Shown: positions 10,539-20,179 of the stretch, piece after piece
How the letters are laid out: every line of letters starts with the position of its first letter
Position numbering within the stretch: the stretch's first letter is position 1
Source: Bigelowiella natans CCMP2755
Lineage: Eukaryota > Protista > Cercozoa
NCBI GenBank assembly: GCA_000320545.1
Contig: ADNK01003463.1
Span: 1 to 40,565 of the forward strand
Direction: 5' to 3'
Length of the DNA: 40,565 nt
Notes under the pieces: generated by a model
What the model was told of the DNA's origin: nothing
Seen by the model: only the letters and a program-made list of their open reading frames with translations
The model's database searches: none
Made by a program: the position numbers and the translations under genes

Positions 10539-10556
10539 TCCCGTGTGTGGAAGCCA
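10539..10556 (-). other. Primer-binding site (18 nt)
   Basis: Minus strand TGGCTTCCACACACGGGA, 5 nt inside the 5' LTR; its complement TCCCGTGTGTGGAAG-CCA fits tRNA positions 59-76 (T59 C60 C61 ... G73 CCA). It matches none of the tRNAs in this window; primer identity unknown. Confidence 0.75.
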
Positions 10557-10561
10557 AAGGT

Positions 10562-10887
10562 TGTTGCGCGTAAGGTGTTCACAGGCCGAGGCGCTACGTG
10601 CACAAGTAGGCAGGGGGGGGGAAAGGCACGTTTGCTTCCTTTTGAAGAGTTGTGTTTATTTTTATTAAAGATTATATTTTTATTAAATCGTGCACTGCGT
10701 AATCATTCGCGAAGCTTTCGCGAATGCCGCCGCACGTGGGGCAGCACACTTCCGGTGTGCTGCCATGAGTCCCGCCGGAACCCACGTGCCTATGCTGTAT
10801 TAATATCTACGTTATCTATATTCTATATCCGCGACAACCCCTTTGTTGTCGCACGTGACTTGTGCCCGCGTAGTGGTACGCGCTACA
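10562..10887 (-). repeat. 5' LTR (326 bp)
   Basis: Same sequence as 5172-5497; adjacent to the PBS. Confidence 0.96.
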
Positions 10888-11636
10888 ACAAGAACCACGC
10901 GCCGCGAGTTGCTGAACCCACGTGTGAAGGCCACAAACGCGCTTCGTTGCGCAATCGCGATCACGATCGCCACACGTGCGTCGAAAGCAAATCAAAACTC
11001 CCACGCAAACGCGAGCTCAGATTGCAATGTGTGTGAGTGTGAAAACCATCTCGTGAAACATGACATGAGGAATGTGCGAAGTGCAATGACAACGGCGATG
11101 TTCTCTTCACAAAGCGGAAACGTGTGCACGCCACATGCGGTCATGCCATGTGTTCCATCTGAGCAAAGTTGTGCGCATGGCGTCGAGTGCCGAATGTGAT
11201 TTGCATCACGTCAGAACAAACAGCACTTGCAGCGTTCTGCACTCGACATTGCAAGGCACAAATGATGCCTTTTCATGCCAATTCAGCCGCGTCAATGATG
11301 TGTTACGAACATGCCAGTGCATTCGCAACACTCAGCCGAGAACAGCGACATGCATGCGTCTCATCAATCTCCAGATCGGCTCACAAGGTCATGAGAGAAT
11401 GCCACAAAATGAACACGTCTCCATGTGTGTGACTCATCCAATCAATCACAAAAACTACCATCATCATCATCACTAGAAGATGACATGAAAGTGTCATCTC
11501 CACTGCTGTCATCCATTCCAACATCAGTGTCAGCACAAGGGTCGGCGTGCATGGGTTTCGGTGCTTTGTCCAATCTCCTTGATTTGCGTGTTGGAACCTG
11601 ATGGAAAAGACAGTTGATGTGTGAAAAAGAGCTGAT

Positions 11637-14600
11637 TCATGCATGCAACGTCACCGAGCTAGTGTGTGCATCTCGTGAAGTGTGTTCTTGGAGTCTTTGC
11701 CTTCTTGTTGCGTTGTGAACAATGCGCAAATCTGCGCCAATTGATGCTGAGCTTGTTTCATCATCACCTTCATCGTGTTGCATCGCATCTTCATTTGAAC
11801 TTGGTTCGTCGCTGTCATCGTGTTTGTGTTCACTCGTGTGGTCTGTGCTGGAACTGTCTGATTCACACTCGGGGTGATGCCTAGCCATGTTGCTTCGAAA
11901 CCATTCTGGGCCAGAGTGAATCAGCTCAATGATTTGTTTCTCGAAAGAAGCGATGTGATGCTTGATGCGGGTTTTGTCCATGTGATCAGATTGTTGGTTG
12001 AGTTTTGTTTTGTGCATGTCAACATTGTTTGCAGTTGAACAGCACTTGTTGCAAGTGCATTTCACGTCATCGTCGTGCGATGATTTGTCTTTCACAACTT
12101 GAACAAGGTGTTTGATTCGCTCCATGAACCAATTGGATGTCTTTTGCAAGTTCGGAGTGTTGTTTCTGATTTCTGGTTGTTTCCGCTGAAGGTGTCCTTC
12201 TCCCATGGAAGTGCAAAGTGTTTTGGTGCTGTTCCACATTGTTTTCATGACCTTGAAGTGTTCATTTGCATGTTTGATGTCTTCAGAATGGGTGTCCCGA
12301 ATCACTTTGCGACCACAAATTGACAACATGGATTCACCAGGCTCTTCATTGCCATGGTTTGGACTTTTGCTGAAGTTCAACCAGAAATCAGTGGAGGCAT
12401 TTCGGTGCATCTCAAGAACAATGTGGTTCATGCATGTGTTCCTTCCACGTTGCCTGTGTCCAAAATTGGCAAAAGCTGCTGTGACATTTTTGTGCAAACT
12501 GAAAAGCATTTGAAAGTCGTCGACTTTCAAAGCGATCACGTAATCGTGCAGCAACGGCGTGCAAAACCGAAGCAAAGAGCACCAAGAATCCAGTTCTTCC
12601 CTCTCTGGGATGTGTTGTCGATGAACGCTGCAAGCTGGACACTTGTCAAACGATTCTTTGTTGTCAATGTTCCAGTTGGCATCCAAAATCTCGTCCATTT
12701 CACACTTTTCACCAGAGTGTGTCACTCTTGAGAGTGAAAAAAAGTGCACAATGTGCGCGATGTGCTTTGGTTTCGATTTCCATTTCTGCCCAGGGTGCAG
12801 TTTTGCAAACAATGGCATGAAAACATCTTTGTGGCTTCTCCATGCGAGCATGGAAAGAAACTTGCAAGAGTGCCACCATCCCAGAACAGGCATGATCAAG
12901 TTCCTCACATCCAAAATGTGTGAACTTTTTGACCAAAATGCCTGAGTGATGACACACAAGGTTGCGAACACACCAGCACATTCGCAACAAAGTGGAACAT
13001 TGTGAATGACCTTCAAAATCCTTTCACAAATGGCCACATCCGAAACCACCGCAATCATGCAATTTTGTGGAATGTTCTGTTTGCACAAGCTCAACAAAAT
13101 CTTGAATGGTCCTTCACTTGCCGAGACGTTGTGTTCGTTCATCTCGCAAGGTTGCACGTGTGATGGAGCGTCGACCCGGTTTTTCACGGCCTTGATGTGT
13201 GCGTTCCTTTTCTTTTCATCTGCCACACATCTTGTCACAGTGTCCACTGTCACTTTGATGGGCACATGCCTGATGTCCCATTTCAAACACAAAGCAACAC
13301 CGGACAAATTGAACTCAGCTTCGTCGATGAAACGCATGAACCAATTGGATTTGTCACTGAACAATGAGGTGACATCACATTGAGGATGTCCCTTCTCAAT
13401 GTGCCAACATGGTTTCTTGACAAAAGGATGGATTGCACTCGGATGCTTCTCAACAGCTGCTGCACACCATTGACAGTTTTTGTGCACATTGTTTCCTCTT
13501 GGCATTTGAACTGCCAACGCTTTCCCGTGATTGTCAATCCACATCAAGCTCAGTTTTGATTCTCTGATTTCCACATCACTCTCAATGCGGAGTTGTTTGC
13601 ATCTCCTCAAGAATGAAGATTTTCCACCACCAATCCCAATCTTGGACAAAAGTTTTGCACCATTTGGTGATGAGCCTCTGAACCGCAATGACATTGACAA
13701 GTGTTTCCACTTGGATTGCAACCGCTCATGCTCCACACTGAGAGCCAGGAGACCCATTGAAACAAAGTGTCGAATGCACGTGTTGAGATTCTTTTGATTC
13801 AATGCACATTTCAATTGTGAACAATGAGACAAATCCCTGAACGTGTTGCATTCTGTCTTCGATGCGAAGTGGGTGCAGAAAATCTCGAATGACTCGAAGC
13901 CAAAGAAACCTGTTTGACAGTTGCAATGTCGTTTGTTCATTGCAAACGTTGTGAAGCATGCCTTCAGTTGGGAACAATCTCCTTCCGACTTGAAAAACAT
14001 CCAAATGAATGTCATCCGATTTGGATTTCATCAAACTCTTCTCCAGTTCGACCAATCTTGTCCTGAATCCTTTCCATGCAAATCTTGACTGACGACGTTC
14101 ATTCTTTCCACTGATCACAAACGTGTGTCATGAGTTGCGAATGTGCCAGCATGTTCGCAACACAATTTCTTGAACATCATTTTTGCATTGTGAATTGAAA
14201 CAAGACGTTGAGTTGAATGTGGATCTTGAAGTTGCATGTTCAATTGCACGTTGCTCAAAATGACAACAAAGTGCTTTTTGCAAATCAGGTCAACAAAGAA
14301 GCTACGAACACGAGCCGAAAAATTGATGTTTTGAAACTTCAATTTTTCGTTCGTGACGTTTTTCGCAATTTCACCGTGATCACAAATGCAAGAGGAGATC
14401 ACTCATTTGGCGCCTTGCAAGAGGGTGCTCTGGAGCATCACGTGCTCCGCAGCACATTTCGGAAACATTCGATTGTGCACGCCCAACTACGCTCACTCAC
14501 GAACCTCATTGTGCCAAAGCAAGGATGCGGTGAGCTCGACCACGAATGTGAGGGGTTCAATTTTGGGAAGTGTTCAGAACGTGAGACGGGGTTCGGGTGA

Positions 14601-14650
14601 CAGACTTGCACTTTCAATTGGAACTCGCAGCTCACATTGTTCACATCACT
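11637..14650 (-). pseudogene. Mutated DDE-type transposase-like gene resembling DUF6589 / Dileera (Kyakuja-Dileera-Zisupton group)
   Basis: 792-aa ORF 11637-14015 with SLRFRG-S-NG-KLLSKIGIG, LMWIDN, SDVAIC(Y)ERI, MPVLGWWHS and NEEPGESMLS motifs; upstream exons in frames 13726-14118 and 14115-14402 include a stop. One Tyr in 792 aa. Family call is from motif recall only. Confidence 0.5.
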
Positions 14651-14978
14651 GACCATGCCGTGTTTGCATCACCTTCTGGGAAAATGCACTGTTTTGGATT
14701 CTGTCTGGTGCTTCTCTCGCATGACAGATCCGAACAACTGTTGGCAGCTGCACGTCCAACAGCCCGTCGAAGCAGGCAAGCGGGCCCAATGGAAAAAGTG
14801 TGACGTGCACGCGCCAAAGAACACCGAGCGCCGCCAAGTCGCGAACCAGAAAGTGCTGAATGCGCTCACCGCGTCGGTGTTTTCCCCGGATGCTGGGAGG
14901 GAAACATTGGGTCTCAAACTTGACAAATGGGTTGAAAACAGCGCCATTGCAAGTGCAAGATCCAATGAATGCGCCAAG

Positions 14979-17975
14979 ATGTCTCAATGCAAATCAAAAC
15001 AAGGCATTTGACAGCATCTTCGCATGTTTTGAAATGGAATTCTTGAATGTCACTGTTGTCAGATGTTGCAAAGGAATTCAAGAAGCACCTGAAGAACTTG
15101 AAGAAACTCCGCCAGGAACTTGCATCTCAAGACCAACCAGAATCGGTGTTGCAATTTCATCAATCAAAACATGGTGACGAACACACTGGCACATTCGCAA
15201 CATTGAAATCATTCTTTGAATGGTCGTCATCATCTGTGCCAAAGACGAAGGACAAGACAACTCCGGGCAAAGATGCGCCAAGTCAATCAGACTTGAACCT
15301 CCAGGGTGATCTTCCAGAAGGAATCACCATTGAAGGTCTTTTGGTTTTTTCACTTTCGTGCAAAACAACGTTGACTGTCTTTTGGTTCAGAGTGCGACAA
15401 AAATGTGAAGGAAGGAGAGGACACCAAAGTCAAGCTCGGAGCAGAAATGGAGGCATTTGTTGACAAGATCTTTCTGGGGACATGCGAGCTGAAGCTGGAC
15501 CAGCTTGTCGGTCCGGAACATGGGAAGACAGCTTCTCGGAAACTGAGGCAAGGGGAAGTGCGCAAGATTCGAGATTCAATGATGAGGAACCGGTCTGTTC
15601 ACATTGTGCTTGGCGCACTTGTTCGCCCTTCTGCGCCCGTGTACAAAGAGAAGCAAACTTCTCTCAAACGTTCACGGGTGGAACTCAAGCAATTCGTGTC
15701 GGAGAACACACTCCAAGTTCAAAATGGCACCTGGGCGGAAGTGATCGATGGGAATCACCGCCGCGTCGCACCACAAGAACCACTGGCAATCCACAATTCT
15801 GAACGTCATCGCAAAGTTGCTTGCAACGTTTTCTGCACAGATGACCCAGAGGACAACAAGATGATCCGCAAGTGTGGTCATCTTGTCAATGAAGCTGACA
15901 AAATCAGCATCAAGTCTGCAGTGTGGGATGCCATCGCCGAAATGAAGACTAGCCACCTGGAAGCCAAGGCATTTGACACCAGGTTGGGTCCGACTAGGTT
16001 TGCCAAAGAACACATTGGGGACTGGAAAGAGCTCACCAGCTCGCATTCCAAAGGTGGTCACGGTGCGACCTGCCTCAACTTGGTGGTTGGACTCGCACAG
16101 TGGAGCGAACACAGCTGGAACCTCTTGGAGAAGTTTTGCAACCCAGGACCCAACGATGCACATGACGCACCCAAGGACTTTGAATGGATCAGCAAGGTTC
16201 GCGGAATGGACGAGAAAGATTGCACGACAGAGATCAAGAAAGTCATGAGCCTCAAAGATTGCACCATCAAGCAAATGATCGTCAGTCTGCAAAAGAAACA
16301 ATGTGAGTCATCTTTTTTGTTTGTGTCACTGCAGCCTTGGTTCTGACGTCATCTGTGTTTCAGGGTCCAAATGCCTCACAAGTCTTTTCATGAAGAAACA
16401 TGACGTGTCATCATGGGAGGCATTGTGCGAGAAGTTTCAAGTTCCCAAGAACGACAAGTGGCTCAGTTTCGCAATCCAGTTCCACCTTGTCAAAAACAAG
16501 ATGGCTCCAGAGAAGAACAAGCGAGTCATTCCAGAGGTTGTGTTGAACAGTTTCCAGAATTGTGTTGATCAATGCAAGGCAAGACGTGCGATGGAGGATG
16601 CAGAAAGAATTCAACTCAAGGAAGATGCGATCGAGCTCAACATCGTCACCGGAGTCGTCGTCGAGAAACTAGGGATCGTCATGCAAAACAAGGGCAAATC
16701 AACAAGTGTGCACTTTTTTTCACAGTCACGAACATGCCAGCATTTTCGCAACACTGCACTTTTTTGTCAGATCACGTCTTTGTTGACACTCTTGTTGGAG
16801 CTTTCGACATCGGGCAGTCTTTCGACGACAAGCAACTCAACATCTACGTCAACAAGATCCATGCTGGCAAACAGCTGGATTTTGATCGCCACATCACTGG
16901 CGACTTCACCCTCACCATTCGGTGTCTCCCTGAAAACTCTGACTCTTTCAGTGAGCTCATCAACAAGTTTGGGTGTGACGACGTCGACGTGCTCTGTGCA
17001 TGCGAGCACGATCGACGTCCACAAAAGCCCAAGACCTCTTTCGCTCCGATGATTGACGCACACATCATCGCGAAGAACGGGTCTTGCGCGCAAGTGGACT
17101 TTGGGAAGCGCGAAAACCTCATCGTCACTTCGAGTCCAAAGTCCATCACCGTGGACGGCAAGCTTTTCGCGGTGGATGGAAAAGGCGATGTGATGGAACA
17201 TCTGTGCCTTGCTTTGCATGAGAAAAGATCCACTGTCCTCATTGCCCATGGTGGGCAAGGGTTCGACGCGTGTGCACTGTTGCACTCCACACGCAACTGC
17301 ATTCAGTTGAACCGCCACCAGGTGATCACCAACCTCACCAAGGCCAAAGTCCACTCGATGACTGCAACCAAGGATCCATCTTCTCAAAAAGCGCTGTTCG
17401 AGACCAAGTTCAATTCCATCTTGACCAAGCACAGTGCCCTTCAAAGTTTTGGAAAGCACTGGCATGACCTTGGCCGCATGGAGGGGAAGAAGCTCGCTGG
17501 TGGATCCGACGACGAAGAAACATCTCTTGTTGACATCGTCAAGAAAAGTGTCAGTGCAGCCAAAGGCAAAGGCATGCAACTCATTTTGATTGTTGCTCAT
17601 GCACTGGCATGTTCGCAACCCATGCATTTCTCAGGTGAGAAACGCCCTCACACTTTGCGTGCCAGAGTGTCTCCTGCGAAGAAGGCCAAGACCGCCAAGA
17701 CTGTGGGCAAGTCCATGAAGCGCCGCACGTCCGATCCTCCGCAGTGTGGCTTTTGCAAGAGGCCCGTTTTGCCCACCGAGCTTGGGCGATGTGCTGAATG
17801 CAACGAGGTCGGCCACAAGGATTGCTTGGCCCACAAGAGCATCAAGTTCAAGTTGCGATTCTGTTCTGAAGACTGCAAAAACACGCACGAACGGATTGCT
17901 CACGCGGCAGCAAAACTTTGGACAAAAAAAAAAAAAAAAACTGACCCATTTCCATGTGTCTCATCGCTTTCCTGA
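14979..17975 (+). pseudogene. Mutated multi-exon gene: ParB/Srx-like domain, possible degenerate N4/N6 DNA methyltransferase-like region, C-terminal PHD-like zinc finger
   Basis: Exons from ATG 14979 with introns 15004-15062, 15335-15390, ~16303-16363, ~16706-16770 and 17572-17634. Motifs: R-L---V-KIRDSM and EVIDGNHRRVA (ParB-like); MEHLCLALHEKRSTVLIAHGGQGFDACALLHSTRNCIQLN (SAM motif I-like); CGFC-x11-CAEC-x4-H-x2-C...FCSEDC. Two donors read GCA instead of GTA. Confidence 0.6.
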
Positions 17976-18383
17976 TGAGAAAAAGCTCTGTCTGTGGTCT
18001 GTTCATCCTTTTTTGGCCACCTTGTTTCAATCTCAACTGCATGCATTTTTCAATGCAAATTCATTCAATGCAACATTTACATGCACAATTTTTCTTTGAT
18101 GCATTTCAAAACGCGCTTCATTTTGCAATTTGCTGACTTGCCTCCGTTTGCTCTCGCATCTGCCATGCACATGTTTGATTCGCTGACCCATTTGCACGTG
18201 TTCATTCTCATGCTGCGCTGCGTTCGCGATTTTTCCCCGCCATGTCAGTTCGCGCAATCGCAACTTTGGCTTTTGACAGCGCTCTCAAGCATCACATTTT
18301 GCGTCGATCGTGACAATTTTTGCCTCCAAAGTGGACAACCAAGCGAGGTGTTTCCAGACACTTGGTGTTGGCTGGACGCCACA

Positions 18384-18884
18384 ATGAGTCAGGAACATGC
18401 CACTCATTTGGATGAATCGTCATTGGCATCGACTCCATCAGGAAGCAGAAAGCGAGACTTCAGCGCCTTCACAGGCGTCGACGACCAGCCACAAGACGTT
18501 GCAGTGAAGAAATCGCCAGCATCCTTGCACGCAGCTTTGAAAAACGAAGCAGATGTGGAGACAAACGAAGCACACGTGGAGACAAATGCAGCATGTGTGG
18601 AGACAAAAATTGCAGAGACAGAGAAATCATCCAAGGAGGTGAAAGTGGCTGCAGGCTGCTGACTAGCTGAGCTGCTCAACGTGATGACCAAGTTGGAGGA
18701 CCAAGTCGCGGAACTGAAGGAGAACAAGGAGGGTGGAAAGAAATTGAAGAGGTTGAAGCGAGTGCCAAAAACGATGCAATCTGGTCTGGATTGGCCACAT
18801 TGGGCATCGACACGATGGATTTGCTCAGAGCCTTGCGCACCACGACACGCACAAACTCACATGCATGCATGTCTGGACGTCTAG
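18384..18884 (+). pseudogene. Small coiled-coil ORF with 21-bp repeats and an internal stop
   Basis: MSQEHATHLDESS...NEADVETNEAHVETNAACVETKIAETEK; TGA at 18660-18662, then in-frame LAELLNVMTKLEDQVAELKENKEGGKKLK. Confidence 0.45.
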
Positions 18885-19811
18885 ACGTGCACGTCCAGAC
18901 GTGTCCAGGTGCGCGCTGCACATCGTGGAGCTACCCACCTGTGATGCAACTTGGCGCAGCCAGCGCAGCGCACGTCATTGCAAGCGCACGAATCATTTCA
19001 TGCACCGTGTGCAGCAGCAGCAGTGATGGTGGACAACGACGCTGGAATGTGATGTGCGTGACACGTGCAGCACAAACCATGTGACACTCAGATTGATGTG
19101 TGGCCCATGAGGGCTCCATGGCGCACCGCGTTTTCGGCTCTGGGTGCAGCAGCATGCAACGCAACACCGCACCAAGTGACACTTGAAAACTTGCGAACGT
19201 GATGAGAAACAACGCTCAAGCAAGCGATGCACACTGCACATGCATGATCGATGCATGCCTGCGATCTGGCGATTCGTGCCTGTGATGAATTTGCTGATGC
19301 ACATTGAATTTGGACCAGCCACAGCCAGCGAACGTGCAAGCGCATGTCACAGCGCACAAGCATCACTGTGTCTGTTGTCTCTTGCACTTCTTCGTTGCGC
19401 ATTGCCTGTCTCCTGCTCTTTGTTGAGTTGTCACGTCCACAATGGACACAGTGACAGCATGTGCAATGCACATGTGATGTCACGTGTCTGTGATAGACAT
19501 AGTAATGGCACATGTAATATGTACATGACATTACGTGTCTATGATGTCCTCAAGCAACAAGCCCAGTGCAGAACTGTTGCCGCCAGCAGTCAAACAAGTC
19601 ACGCACGCGTGGTGCGACACACAGCAATGTGAACGAACCTTCGGCGACTGCTGGACTGGGTCACTGCGCGCGTGAGCAGAGAGACGGAGAAAAGAAAAAC
19701 TGGCATCAATCAGACAACCTCATCTGATTGCATTCTGAAGTCGGAAAAAAAAATGATGTGGCAAGTGGCAAGCAGGTCAAAGCCAAAGTTGTGCAAAAAT
19801 CGCAGGATTTC

Positions 19812-19816
19812 AAAAA
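19812..19816 (-). terminator. Putative Pol III terminator (T5) closing the tRNA cluster
   Basis: Minus-strand TTTTT about 10 nt past the last tRNA-like unit (a T4 run lies at 19820-19823 on the plus strand only); no minus-strand run of 4 or more T inside 19826-20251. Confidence 0.55.
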
Positions 19817-19825
19817 GTGTTTTGT

Positions 19826-19899
19826 TGCACCCAGTCAGAATTGAGCCGACAATTTCTCTGGAGTGAGCAGGGCGTGGTGACCATTGTCACCATAAGTGC
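19826..19899 (-). tRNA. Degenerate tRNA-Val(CAC)-like gene, probable pseudogene
   Basis: GCACTTA TG GTGACAATGGTCACCAC G CCCTG CTCACTC CAGAG AAATT GTCGG CTCAATT CTGAC TGGGTGC A: acceptor and T stems pair and A73 is present, but T54 is C and there are mismatches in the D and anticodon stems. Confidence 0.65.
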
Positions 19900-19918
19900 T
19901 TGAATGATGAGAATGAGC

Positions 19919-19987
19919 AGGCTCCGGAGGGAATTGAACCCTCCACCCATGGTTCGTAGCCGTGGGACCGGATCCACCGGCGAAGCC
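19919..19987 (-). tRNA. Non-canonical tRNA-Arg(ACG)-like gene, 69 nt, distal copy
   Basis: GGCTTCG CCGG TGGAT CCGG T CCCACGG CTACGAA CCATGGG TG GAGGG TTCAATT CCCTC CGGAGCC T. Confidence 0.75.
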
Positions 19988-19990
19988 CAT

Positions 19991-20013
19991 GATCTCGGAG
20001 AATCGAGCTCCGA
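19991..20013 (-). pseudogene. Remnant of a tRNA-Asp T-arm/3' end
   Basis: Plus-strand gatctcggagaatcgagctccga matches the tRNA-Asp 3' end at 20177-20205 with a 6-nt deletion and one substitution. Confidence 0.65.
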
Positions 20014-20028
20014 GGTGGACAAGCGTCT

Positions 20029-20098
20029 AAGCTCCAGAGGGAATCGAACCCTCCACACAAAGCTCAGGAAGCTCGGGACCAGATCCACTGGTGAAGCC
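20029..20098 (-). tRNA. Non-canonical tRNA-Arg(CCT)-like gene, 70 nt
   Basis: GGCTTCA CCAG TGGAT CTGG T CCCGAGC TTCCTGA GCTTTGTG TG GAGGG TTCGATT CCCTC TGGAGCT T; compensatory changes against the ACG copies in acceptor and D stems. Confidence 0.75.
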
Positions 20099-20104
20099 AG
20101 ACAG

Positions 20105-20173
20105 AGGCTCCGGAGAGAATTGAACTCTCCACCCACAGTTCGTAGCCGTGGGACCGGATCCACCGGCGAAGCC
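20105..20173 (-). tRNA. Non-canonical tRNA-Arg(ACG)-like gene, 69 nt, proximal copy
   Basis: GGCTTCG CCGG TGGAT CCGG T CCCACGG CTACGAA CTGTGGG TG GAGAG TTCAATT CTCTC CGGAGCC T; all four stems pair. Confidence 0.8.
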
Positions 20174-20179
20174 TGTGAT

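Larger units (their letters stand above)
5172..10887 (-). mobile_element. Full-length Ty3/gypsy (Metaviridae) LTR retrotransposon, recent insertion
   Basis: Two 326-bp direct repeats with TG..CA ends, identical by eye; 4-bp target-site duplication ACAA (5168-5171 and 10888-10891); PBS, PPT; one intact gag-pol ORF in PR-RT-RH-IN order. Confidence 0.97.
10888..19480. other. TpA-depleted, hypermutated domain (continues at about 4890-5171 on the other side of the LTR element)
   Basis: About 17 TA dinucleotides found by eye in ~8.6 kb, where several hundred are expected; TG/CA in excess; CpG retained; ORFs almost Tyr-free and Cys/His-rich. Confidence 0.95.

Noticed and set aside
10539-10556. PBS primed by the local tRNA-Asp or the odd tRNA-Arg
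   Set aside because: Only TGGCT matches the tRNA-Asp 3' end, and the Arg-like 3' ends (GGAGCCT/GGAGCTT) do not match.
10888-19480. Alternative genetic code or CpG-methylation decay as the cause of the composition
   Set aside because: TA loss covers all codon positions, introns and intergenic DNA; CpG is abundant; neighbouring genes use Tyr and TAA/TAG normally.
10890-19650. Dense overlapping Cys/His-rich ORFs in all six frames, suggesting metal-binding proteins or overlapping genes
   Set aside because: Artefact of TpA loss: TAA/TAG stops are gone and Tyr codons have become Cys/His.
4680-19810. Terminal inverted repeats delimiting the DNA transposon
   Set aside because: No convincing TIR or target duplication found by eye; the 25-bp inverted motif has non-matching flanks and is reported separately.
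19919-20173. Pyrrolysine or selenocysteine tRNA
   Set aside because: Anticodons are ACG and CCT, not CTA or TCA; no long variable arm; the resemblance to tRNA-Pyl is only architectural.
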